Origin: an uncultured delta proteobacterium | Lineage (GTDB): Bacteria > Desulfobacterota > Binatia > Binatales > Binataceae | DNA: 64,000 nucleotides | Assembly (NCBI GenBank): GCA_963773975.1 | Contig: CAVZDJ010000011.1 | Coordinates: forward strand, 13,223-77,222 | Direction of reading: 5' to 3' | Part shown: in pieces, positions 37,691 to 45,938 of the stretch | How the letters are laid out: every line of letters begins with the position of its first letter | How positions within the stretch are numbered: the stretch's first letter is position 1 | Notes under the pieces: model-generated | Told to the model about the DNA's origin: nothing | Database searches by the model: none | Seen by the model: only the letters and a program-made list of their open reading frames with translations | Position numbers and translations under genes: made by a program

Positions 37691-39160
37691 TTACACCCGG
37701 CAGAGATAGATTACGGCCTGGGCGCCGAGGATGGTCACCCGCCTCACCGACTCGACGCGCACGAAACCGCGGTTGGCGACCTCGCGCATCAGCATCCGCT
37801 CCGCCGTCAGCATCACCAGCCTCCCGCCCGGGCGCACCACGCGCGCGAACTCCTCGACCAGGCGCGGATAGAGGCGGCGGTTCTCCCCGTGCGATCCGTA
37901 TTTCGTGCCCCACGGCAGATTCGTGACCAGATGAGTCGCCGCGCCGTCGCCGAGCGGCAAGCGCAACGCGTCGCCCTCAGCGAGCCCGATCGGGCGGTAA
38001 CGCGGACCTATATTTTCGCGCGCCGCAGCGATCGCGCCGGGGTCGCGATCGAACCCGGCCAGCATCGCGTAGCGCCCCAGGTGCGCGCGTTCGATAAGAA
38101 TCGTTCCCGCGCCGCACATCGGGTCGACCACGCGGTCTTCCGCGCCCGGCTGGCTCAGCCATCCCAGGGCGGCGGCCACCGAAGCGCGCAGCGAGCCCGG
38201 CCGATGCGCGACCTTGTACTCGCGATGGCGCATCCGTTCGTCGACCAGCCGCACGGCGAGGAACATCTCGTCGCCGAGCAGGGTCGCCCAGAACTCGACG
38301 TCGGCGTCGTCGCCCGCGATGCGCCATGAATGGTCGCCGCGCTCGGCGATGCCGCGCTCGACGGCGCGCTGGAAATCGAGCCGGCGAAATTCGTGCTCGC
38401 CTGCGATCCGCGCGATCACGCGAAAGCCCAGCTTCCGCCCGGCGCGGCTGCCGGGAGTCATCCGCACCCGCGCCTCCAGCGCGTCTTCGACGTAGGGCGC
38501 CTCGTGCGCGATGGTGCGAACTTTTTCCAGCGTCGCAGGCGCCGTGCCGAGACCGTCGCGATAGCCAGCGAGCGCGAACAAATCCTCGATCGTGCGCGCG
38601 GCGCCGAGCGGATCGGGACGCGGCGCGCTGAAGATTGTCATCCCCGCGCGTTCGGGCACCGTGCGCCGCCCCAACTCGCGGATCGTGGGACCGCCGATGC
38701 CGCGCGCGGCCCCGCTCGCGTAGCGCGATGCGATCTCTTCGGCCGCGACGCCCTCGAAGCCGGGCTGCGTGTGGGCGATATAGATGTTCGGGGTGAGCCG
38801 AAGCGCGGGTCCGGTTGGCTTTACCGCCGCGCGCTCGACGAAGGTGTCCGGCCTGGCAAATTTGGCCGACTTGACGAATTTGCTGGCTTTGACGAATTTG
38901 GCGGGCTTGTCGCGCCGGTCAAACCTGGCCGGCTTGTCACGTCTGGCCGGCTTATCGTGCCGGCCGAAACTGGAAACCTTGACGGTCTTGTCGGACTTGG
39001 CCGGCTGGTCGAATCCGCCGGGCTCGGAAGACTGGAACGGCCTGGCGGCGCGCGCGAGGCCTTTGGGCCGGCCGCGTCGGACTCGACGTTCGCCCGCGGC
39101 TCTCGAATCGTCGGCTGGCGGAGGATTGTCGCCCCGGCCGGGGCGGGGCGAGCGGCGCAC
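37691..39160 (-). CDS. THUMP-domain class I SAM-dependent RNA methyltransferase (UPF0020 type) with Lys/Arg-rich repeat N-terminal extension
   Basis: VDPMCGAGTILIERA, TNLPWG. The N-terminal 110 aa or so are basic with DKPA(R/K)F-type repeats. The GTG start directly abuts the efp stop (TAGGTG). Confidence 0.8.
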   Translation of the reverse strand: MRRSPRPGRGDNPPPADDSRAAGERRVRRGRPKGLARAARPFQSSEPGGFDQPAKSDKTVKVSSFGRHDKPARRDKPARFDRRDKPAKFVKASKFVKSAKFARPDTFVERAAVKPTGPALRLTPNIYIAHTQPGFEGVAAEEIASRYASGAARGIGGPTIRELGRRTVPERAGMTIFSAPRPDPLGAARTIEDLFALAGYRDGLGTAPATLEKVRTIAHEAPYVEDALEARVRMTPGSRAGRKLGFRVIARIAGEHEFRRLDFQRAVERGIAERGDHSWRIAGDDADVEFWATLLGDEMFLAVRLVDERMRHREYKVAHRPGSLRASVAAALGWLSQPGAEDRVVDPMCGAGTILIERAHLGRYAMLAGFDRDPGAIAAARENIGPRYRPIGLAEGDALRLPLGDGAATHLVTNLPWGTKYGSHGENRRLYPRLVEEFARVVRPGGRLVMLTAERMLMREVANRGFVRVESVRRVTILGAQAVIYLCRV

Positions 39161-39724
39161 CTATTTGGCGCGAGCCATGTACTCGCGCGTCTCGGTATTG
39201 ATCGTGATGGTCTCGCCTTCCTGCACGAAATGCGGCACCTGCACGGTCAGCCCGGTCTCCATCGTGGCGGGCTTGAGCGTATTGGTGACCGCCGCGGACC
39301 TCATCCCGGGATCCGTCTGTACGACCTTGAGATTGACCGTCTTGGGCAGCGAGACGTTGAGCGGCGTGGTCTCGTGAAATTCAACTTCTACTTTTAGATT
39401 AGGTGTGAGAAAGCCGACCACGTCCTCGATCAGTTCCTTGGGAATCGTGATCTGGTCGTAGGTCTCGGTGTTCATGAAATGAAAATCGTCGCCTTCCTGG
39501 TAGAGGAATTCCATCTCGATCTGGCTGAGGATGATGCGCTCGACGCGATCTTCAGAACGGAAGCGGTTCTCGGTCTGAGTCCCGGTTTTGACGTTGCGCA
39601 GCTTGGTCTGGACCATCCCGCGCCAGTTGCCGGGCGTTATATGGCTGATTGCCATCACCCGCCACAGGCCGTTGTTGTACTCCAGGATCATCCCGGGGCG
39701 GAGTTGGGTCGCCTGAATCAGCAT
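39161..39724 (-). CDS. efp: elongation factor P-family protein with atypical loop (PGNWRG)
   Basis: Three-domain EF-P pattern: ...HITPGNWRGMVQTKLRNVKTG..., ..DFHFMNTETYDQ..., VVQTDPGMRSAAVTNTLKPATMETGLTVQVPHFV..GE.I.I.T....Y..R. Confidence 0.9.
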   Translation of the reverse strand: MLIQATQLRPGMILEYNNGLWRVMAISHITPGNWRGMVQTKLRNVKTGTQTENRFRSEDRVERIILSQIEMEFLYQEGDDFHFMNTETYDQITIPKELIEDVVGFLTPNLKVEVEFHETTPLNVSLPKTVNLKVVQTDPGMRSAAVTNTLKPATMETGLTVQVPHFVQEGETITINTETREYMARAK

Positions 39725-40012
39725 CGTCGGTGCACTCGCGAGGTATCGGTTGGCTTGGAAATTCTCGGTTGAACTTACAACTCTAACGGACCGGGCGCAG
39801 TCGCGGCAAGTAAGGGGGCTTACTCGGGCGGGCGGTCTTCAAAAAAGAGCGGCTTGCGCTGCCGACCGAACAGACGGCGCAGAACCCTCAGCAGTCCGTC
39901 GCTAGCTGAAGTCGACAGGTACCTGTAGCGGTTAGCCTGACTGGAGGATCACCCTTCGTACCTTGAGGCCGTTGGTTCTTCCGTGACATCCCGACCCCTC
40001 CAACTCGGCGTG

Positions 40013-41728
40013 CTAGTGGCCCGAGGGACTAATCGGCCGCGCGTTGGTGTAGGGATTGATCGGCGCCGCATACGGGTTGACGCCGAACGGAACTGCGCCA
40101 TACGGGACCGCGCCGTACGGACTCGCACCGTATGGACTCGCACCGTACGGACTGATCGGATAGCGCGTGATTCCGTAGGGACTGATATTGATGCCGTAGG
40201 AGGGGGCCGCGCCGTATGGAGTTCCGTACGGGACGCCAAAGGGACTGCCGTATGGATCCATCGGGTACGGATTCATCCCAAAGGGGCTATAGGGATTCAT
40301 CCCATAGGGCGCGACCATGATCGGCGGTGCCGACGCCACCGCCGGCGGCATCGCGATCGACGACTCGACGTACTGATTGCCCGCGCTAAACGCGCGAATC
40401 GTCGCAGTGCCGCCGTTCATCATGAAGGTCGTATGGAAGTTGCTGACGCTGGCGCCGCGGCTGACCGGTAATCGCTTGACCAGCCGGCCGTCGACATAAA
40501 TTCCCGCGCGATTCACGCCCGGTCCGATTATCTGCCCGACCACCTGGTAGACATGTGAGAGCGGGTTAACCGGGTTCACCGACTCGATGTTGATCTGGAC
40601 GTTGCCCACTGGAGCGCCGATTCCTCCGCCCAGGCCGCCGCCACCGAGCCCGCCGCCTATTCCGCCGCTGTCGAGGCCCTCGTCCGTGTCCGGTGCAGAT
40701 TCCCCCAGTCCTGATGCCGGTGCGCTCGCGCTCGGAATCTCGGCGGTGTTGCTGCCGGCGGTCGCACCGGTGCCGCGGTCGACCTCGACTCCCGATTCCG
40801 TGCCAGTGCTGGCCATCGCCGTCGAGTCCTCGCCGAAGACCGACGCGGTCGCCACGCGCCCAGCCTGGTCGATGACCCGCAAGTTGGTCGCAATATCGGC
40901 GTCGCGCAACGAAAGCTGGAATTCGACCTTCTGGCTTCCGAGCACGTGGTCCACCTTGATCGGCTTGACGCTCTGCGCGCCTTCATAGATGCCGGCCGCC
41001 TGGAGCGCGGAGCCCTCGAAGTATCCCTTAAGATGCGTAACGTCGCCGACCACGGTGCGCGACTCGATCTTGATCGTGGGTCCACCGCTATCCGCGGCTC
41101 GGGGCGCGGGCGCGCTCGCCGCCCCCGCGGCGCGGTCCGCCGCCGGCGGCATCACGGCGGCTCCTGGAGCGGCCGCATCGGTGCTTGCAGGCGCGCCTGA
41201 TGCGAGCGGCGGTGAAGCAGGCGGCGGCGCGGCGGATGCGGGCGCGGGCGGAACGCTCTTTTCGATCGCGGCCAGCTCATGCTTCAGCGCGTCCCATCGA
41301 TCGGGCTGGATCGCGGGTTTGATCGCACCGCCATGGGCTTTAAGCGCGGCATCGACAGACGCCGCGTCGGCGTCGAGCGCGGCCGTGGCGCGCCGCGCGC
41401 CGGCCTCGTCGCCCGCCCCCAGTGCCTGGCTGAGCGTCTGCGCGTCGCCCGCGAAGCTCGCGACCGGTCCCATCAGCGCCTTGGAGTCGGGGTTCGCGTT
41501 ACCGTCGGCGGCCGGCGTGCTGAGCGAGTTCAAAAGCTCGAAAGCCTGGTTGCTGAGGTCGGCGGAGGCGGCCCTGGGATCGCCAGCGGCGCGCGCCGCG
41601 GGGACAGACGCGCATATCAGCGCAAACGATATCGTTCCGAGCGACGCGCACTTAAGCGCGCGTCGCCAGCCGCGACGCAAACGCCCCGGCGCGCTCCCCG
41701 TAGCCTCTCTCGTGCGCCGATACCTCAA
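40013..41728 (-). CDS. secreted hypothetical protein with two beta-rich domains, a Gly-rich linker and a C-terminal Pro-Tyr-Gly repeat tail
   Basis: Signal peptide (...ALICASVPAARA-AGD). Last 100 aa or so: PYGMNPYSPFGMNPYPMDPYGSPFGVPYGTPYG...SPYGASPYGASPYGAVPYGAVPFGVNPY. No family recognised. Confidence 0.75.
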   Translation of the reverse strand: MRYRRTREATGSAPGRLRRGWRRALKCASLGTISFALICASVPAARAAGDPRAASADLSNQAFELLNSLSTPAADGNANPDSKALMGPVASFAGDAQTLSQALGAGDEAGARRATAALDADAASVDAALKAHGGAIKPAIQPDRWDALKHELAAIEKSVPPAPASAAPPPASPPLASGAPASTDAAAPGAAVMPPAADRAAGAASAPAPRAADSGGPTIKIESRTVVGDVTHLKGYFEGSALQAAGIYEGAQSVKPIKVDHVLGSQKVEFQLSLRDADIATNLRVIDQAGRVATASVFGEDSTAMASTGTESGVEVDRGTGATAGSNTAEIPSASAPASGLGESAPDTDEGLDSGGIGGGLGGGGLGGGIGAPVGNVQINIESVNPVNPLSHVYQVVGQIIGPGVNRAGIYVDGRLVKRLPVSRGASVSNFHTTFMMNGGTATIRAFSAGNQYVESSIAMPPAVASAPPIMVAPYGMNPYSPFGMNPYPMDPYGSPFGVPYGTPYGAAPSYGINISPYGITRYPISPYGASPYGASPYGAVPYGAVPFGVNPYAAPINPYTNARPISPSGH

Positions 41729-41793
41729 AGAGGTTCCCCAAGAAATCCTGCAAGAGATCCTGAACGAGACGCTGCCGCGGCCGGGCGGGCGGC

Positions 41794-41937
41794 TACGCGT
41801 GACGCTCCGCCTTGTACTTGCCGGCGATCAGCTTGATTTGCCGCGCCAGTTTGAGAAACACTTCGCCTTCGTCGTAGATGAAGAGCGCGAGCGCCGCGCC
41901 GAACCCCACTACAAGTCCAAAAATAAATGTCCCCATA
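41794..41937 (-). CDS. 47-aa hypothetical single-pass membrane protein
   Basis: Below the ORF-track cut-off. GGAGG lies 13 nt upstream of ATG 41937. MGTFIFGLVVGFGAALALFIYDEGEVFLKLARQIKLIAGKYKAERHA. Same strand as, and 65 nt upstream of, the PYG-tail gene. Confidence 0.4.
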
Positions 41938-42037
41938 GGATGTTCGCGCCTCCAAGGGCAGTATACGCAATCCCCGGCGATGATAGAATTGAAAGCGTCA
42001 GGGCCGACGGCGGCCGAATTAGCAGGGAATCGAGCCT

Positions 42038-43126
42038 ATGGACCAGCGAAGCTCCACCGCAGCGCCAGACCACCACGCTATCGGCGGTGCCAGCGCCAAG
42101 GCGGATTACCGCGCGCTCAAAGCGGGCGCCGGAGTGCGCCTCGGCGCCGAGCGTATCGTAATCCGAATGAGCGGGGATGACCGCGCGTCGTTTCTGCACG
42201 GGATGTGCAGCAACGACATCAAGGGACTCAAACCGGGCGGGCTGGTCGCGGCGCTGTTCCTGACCGAGCGCGCCCATTTGATTGCCGAGGCCAACGTGTG
42301 GGCCACCGCCGACGCGCTGCTGCTCGAAATGGAGCGCGCGTCGTGGCCGGCCGTGCACGCCCATCTCCAACGCTTTCTCGTCGCCGACGACGTCGAGCTG
42401 GAAGAAAGCGGCGATTTGGCCACGCATGACGGCGTGATCCAACCAGCTAGCGTTATTCAAATCGACGGGCCGCACGCGGCGGAAGCAGTGGCGGCGGTTT
42501 ACGGCACGCCGGCGTCGCTCCCCGGCGCGTGGCGCTTCGGCGAGGCCGAAGGCGGTGCGCTGATCGCGCAGATGACACGATGGGGGGCGCCGGCCTTCAC
42601 CATTCTCGCGGGGCGCGCGATCGCGCCGGAAATTGTCGCGCGGATGGTCGCGGGCGGCGGCCAAGTGCGGGAAGTCAATCAAGTGCGCGAAGTCGGGATC
42701 GAGGCGGTCGAGATTCTGCGGGTCGAAAGCGGCACGGCGCGGGTCGGCGTCGACACCAACGACAAGACGATTGCGCTGGAAGCGCGGATGGAACCGGCGA
42801 TCTCGTTCAACAAGGGATGCTACATCGGGCAGGAGACGGTCGAGCGGGCGACCGCGCGCGGCGCGTTGAAACGGCGGCTGATGGGGCTCAGGATTGACGG
42901 AGCACGCGTGCCGTCCACCGGCGCGCGCGTGATGCTCGCGGGCAAGGAGATCGGCCATCTCACGAGTCCGCTCTGCTCGCCGCGCCTGGGCGTGCTTGCT
43001 CTCGCCATCCTGCATCACAGCGCGTGGTCGCCGGGCACGGCGGTGACAATCGAGGACGCGGACGGCGAACTCGCGGCGGCGGTGAGCGAATTACCGTTTG
43101 CAAGCGATGCTCGGGCGAGTGAATGA
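42038..43126 (+). CDS. ygfZ: folate-binding Fe-S cluster repair protein YgfZ (GcvT-like)
   Basis: ISFNKGCYIGQETVERATARGALKRRL signature (KGCY.GQE....R...KRR). Confidence 0.85.
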   Translation: MDQRSSTAAPDHHAIGGASAKADYRALKAGAGVRLGAERIVIRMSGDDRASFLHGMCSNDIKGLKPGGLVAALFLTERAHLIAEANVWATADALLLEMERASWPAVHAHLQRFLVADDVELEESGDLATHDGVIQPASVIQIDGPHAAEAVAAVYGTPASLPGAWRFGEAEGGALIAQMTRWGAPAFTILAGRAIAPEIVARMVAGGGQVREVNQVREVGIEAVEILRVESGTARVGVDTNDKTIALEARMEPAISFNKGCYIGQETVERATARGALKRRLMGLRIDGARVPSTGARVMLAGKEIGHLTSPLCSPRLGVLALAILHHSAWSPGTAVTIEDADGELAAAVSELPFASDARASE

Positions 43127-43269
43127 TGATTGAAGAATTGCGCTCGATGCTCTAAAAAGTGCGGGGACCATGCGGCTCGAATTTCGCGCATCGATGTCGC
43201 AACAAAGATTTCAAGACCGGGCACGCAATGGCCGGCCGCTATTAAGACACAATTACGGGAGTCTCGAAC

Positions 43270-43413
43270 ATGGCTAACCAATTGGGCAAGCGCTACCTGT
43301 GCGAAAAATGCGGCACCGAGGTGTTGTGCAACAAGCCGGGCACCGGCGCGATCGAGTGTTGCGACAGCGAAATGAAAATCAAGGAAGCCAAGGCGCTCCC
43401 GTCCTCGGATTAA
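43270..43413 (+). CDS. desulforedoxin-like mini-protein (47 aa)
   Basis: Below the ORF-track cut-off. GGGAG upstream. MANQLGKRYLCEKCGTEVLCNKPGTGAIECCDSEMKI... with CxxC-x15-CC spacing, as in desulforedoxin / the desulfoferrodoxin N-domain. Confidence 0.7.
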   Translation: MANQLGKRYLCEKCGTEVLCNKPGTGAIECCDSEMKIKEAKALPSSD

Positions 43414-43508
43414 AGTCCGGTTGAACTCCAGTCAAAGTCGGGCTGCGCCCGCGGACGCGCCGCAGCGGCGCTCCGTGACGTTTTAACTTCCTTGCACTTA
43501 GTACCCTG

Positions 43509-45062
43509 ATGGCGTTCAAGGCTGACTTGGTTCTGCATGAGGGAGTGATCCTGGGCTATCCCGCCAGCGATTCGATTGCGGTCGCCGGCGGCACAATCCT
43601 CGCTCTCGGGCCGTATAGCGAACTCAAGCCGCTGGTCGGCCCGCGCACTCATCTAATTCGCCTCGCCGGCCGCGTCGTCGCGCCGGGCCTGATCGATTCC
43701 CACCTGCACTTCCTCGAGGCCGCCTCCGCGGCGGCCGGGCTGAGTCTGTGGCGCTGCCGCGAGCTCGACAATCTGATGGCCGGGTTGCGCGTGGCCGCGG
43801 GCAAGACGCCGCCCGGCAACTGGCTGCGCGCGTTCGGATGCGACGAGGCGCTGCTCGCCGGGCGGCGGGGCCCCACGCGCGCGGAACTCGACGCCGCGGT
43901 GCCCAAGAATCCACTGCGCCTGCGTCATCAGACGCTGCATGCCTCGTGGCTAAATTCGCGCGCGATCGCCGCACTCGGTCTCGAAGCGCCCGACTTCAAG
44001 CCGCCCGAAGGCGCGGTGCTGATGCGCGACGCGACGGGCCGTCTGAGCGGTTTGGTGGCCGGGATGGAAAGCTATCTTTCGCGCCGCCTGCCGCGCGTGA
44101 CCCCGGCCGAGCTGGAATCGCGCGCGCGCCTGTTTAGCCGCGAGCTTGCGGCCGCCGGCGTGACCGCGTTTACCGACGCGACCGTGCGCAACGGGCCCGA
44201 GGAGGTCGCGCTGATGGCGCGGATGGTGAGCGGGCGGGCCGTGGCGCAGCGGGTGGCGATGATGCTCGGCGCACCCCACTTAACCGCGCTCGACGCGGCG
44301 GCGCGGGTCGCGCTGCCGGCCGGTATCACGCTGGTCGCGGTCAAGTTTATCGAGAGTCCACGCACCGACTATCGCCCGATCGCGCGCTGGGTCCAGTGCG
44401 CGCGCCAGGCCGGACTCGACGCGGCGTTCCATTGCACCGAGGTCGAAGAACTGGAACTCGCGCTCAACGCGCTGGAGACCGTCGTGCGCGGGATGCCGCC
44501 CGCGGCCGACGGCGGTCCGGTTTTTCGTATCGAGCATGGCGGCGTAATCACGCCCGATCATCTCGAACGCCTCAAAGTCCTCGGCGCGTGGGTGGTAACC
44601 AATCCCGGCTTCTCGTACTACCGCGGCGCCAAGTACGTCACTGAGCCAGGACTGCTGCCCTATCTGTATCGGGGGCGAAGCCTGCTCGAGGCCGGGATCG
44701 AAATTGCCGGCGCCACCGACGCGCCGGTCACCCCGGCACGGCCGCTGGCCGCGATCGCCGCCGCGGCGATGCGCGTTTCGATCGAGGGCTACGAAATCGC
44801 TCTCGGCGAGCGGATTCCTATCGAGCAGGGCTTCAGGCTTTTCACCACGCAGGCGGCGCGGCTGGCGCGGATCAAGGCCGGCGAGATCGCGCTCGGACAC
44901 CTGGCCGACCTTATCGTGCTGCCGCGCGATCCGATGAGGCTCAAGCCGGCCGAGTTGATGAACCTGCCGGTCGATATCACGATTGTCGGCGGCCGCGTAG
45001 TCTTCGAGCGCGGGCGTCCCGAGGTCGCGGCCAGTCCCGGCGCCGACCTGTTCTCGGCCTGA
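43509..45062 (+). CDS. amidohydrolase-family (Amidohydro_3-type) metal-dependent hydrolase
   Basis: ...RVVAPGLIDSHLHFLEA..., FHCTE, ...GATDAPV... 517 aa. Confidence 0.9.
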   Translation: MAFKADLVLHEGVILGYPASDSIAVAGGTILALGPYSELKPLVGPRTHLIRLAGRVVAPGLIDSHLHFLEAASAAAGLSLWRCRELDNLMAGLRVAAGKTPPGNWLRAFGCDEALLAGRRGPTRAELDAAVPKNPLRLRHQTLHASWLNSRAIAALGLEAPDFKPPEGAVLMRDATGRLSGLVAGMESYLSRRLPRVTPAELESRARLFSRELAAAGVTAFTDATVRNGPEEVALMARMVSGRAVAQRVAMMLGAPHLTALDAAARVALPAGITLVAVKFIESPRTDYRPIARWVQCARQAGLDAAFHCTEVEELELALNALETVVRGMPPAADGGPVFRIEHGGVITPDHLERLKVLGAWVVTNPGFSYYRGAKYVTEPGLLPYLYRGRSLLEAGIEIAGATDAPVTPARPLAAIAAAAMRVSIEGYEIALGERIPIEQGFRLFTTQAARLARIKAGEIALGHLADLIVLPRDPMRLKPAELMNLPVDITIVGGRVVFERGRPEVAASPGADLFSA

Positions 45063-45095
45063 ATTCGCCGGAGAGCCGCCCGCTTCGTCGCCCTT

Positions 45096-45938
45096 ATGGC
45101 GCAGGTATCGGACAGCATCAGCCGCTTGCCCCTATCGCGCTCGTCGGCGGGCTTCGCCACGATCCGTTTCGAGAAGCGCGGAGCGATCGCATGGATAACG
45201 CTCAACCGGCCGCGCCAGCTCAATGCCTATAACGTCGCGATGCGCGACGATCTCTTCGGCGCGCTCAGCGCGATCCACGACGATCCCGAAGTCCGCGCGA
45301 TGGTGCTCTGTGGCGCGGGCCCGGCGTTTTCCACCGGCGGCGACGTGAGCGAGTTCGGCACCGCACCCTCGCCGACGGTCGCGCGATGGGTCCGCTTCCG
45401 GCGCGACGTCTGGGGCCGGCTGCGCGCGCTTTCGATTCCGACCGTCGCCGCGGTGCATGGCTACGCGGTCGGCGGCGGCCTCGAGATGATGCTGCTGTGC
45501 GATATCGCGATCGCAACCGAGGATGCATCCTTCTGCCTGCCCGAGACGGGCCTTGGAATGATTCCCGGAGTGGCGGGCACGCAGACCGCTTCGCGCCGCC
45601 TGGGGGCGGGGCGGGCGCTCGACCTTTGCCTCACCGGCCGTTGGATTGACGCAAAGCAGGCTTTAGCAATAGGTTTGGTCGCCGAAGTGGTGCCTGCGGC
45701 GGCGCTGACGCGCGCGGCCGGAGCGCTGGCCCGTCGCCTCTGCCGCCTGCCGCGCGAGCGGGTCGCGATGGCGAAGCTGGCGGTCTGGGACGGCCTGGAT
45801 CTGCCGCTTGGTGAAGGGCTGGCGATGGAGCGCCGGCTCGCCCGCAGGCTCGAAAATTTGCGGCGCGAAAAGCGCACGCCGGCGGCCGTATCCGCCCCCA
45901 AGAGGGCGCGCCGCCCTGGAGGAAACGGAGTACCGTGA
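45096..45938 (+). CDS. enoyl-CoA hydratase/isomerase (crotonase) family protein
   Basis: AWITLNRPRQLNAYN...VLCGAGPAFSTGGDVSEF...VHGYAVGGGLEMMLLCD. Confidence 0.9.
   Translation: MAQVSDSISRLPLSRSSAGFATIRFEKRGAIAWITLNRPRQLNAYNVAMRDDLFGALSAIHDDPEVRAMVLCGAGPAFSTGGDVSEFGTAPSPTVARWVRFRRDVWGRLRALSIPTVAAVHGYAVGGGLEMMLLCDIAIATEDASFCLPETGLGMIPGVAGTQTASRRLGAGRALDLCLTGRWIDAKQALAIGLVAEVVPAAALTRAAGALARRLCRLPRERVAMAKLAVWDGLDLPLGEGLAMERRLARRLENLRREKRTPAAVSAPKRARRPGGNGVP

Noticed and set aside
36820-37926. 368-aa Arg-rich plus-strand ORF
   Set aside because: An alternative frame over methyltransferase paralogue 2, with composition typical of an off-frame GC-rich translation.
41725-41970. 81-aa minus-strand track ORF
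   Set aside because: Arg-rich with no features. A different frame in the same place gives a clean 47-aa TM mini-protein with an RBS.
40989-42161. 390-aa plus-strand ORF
   Set aside because: Antisense to the PYG-tail protein gene. Ala/Ser/Pro-rich, without a signal peptide or motifs.
43130-43375. 81-aa track ORF
   Set aside because: It is in the wrong frame over the desulforedoxin-like mini-ORF, which has an RBS and a conserved Cys pattern.
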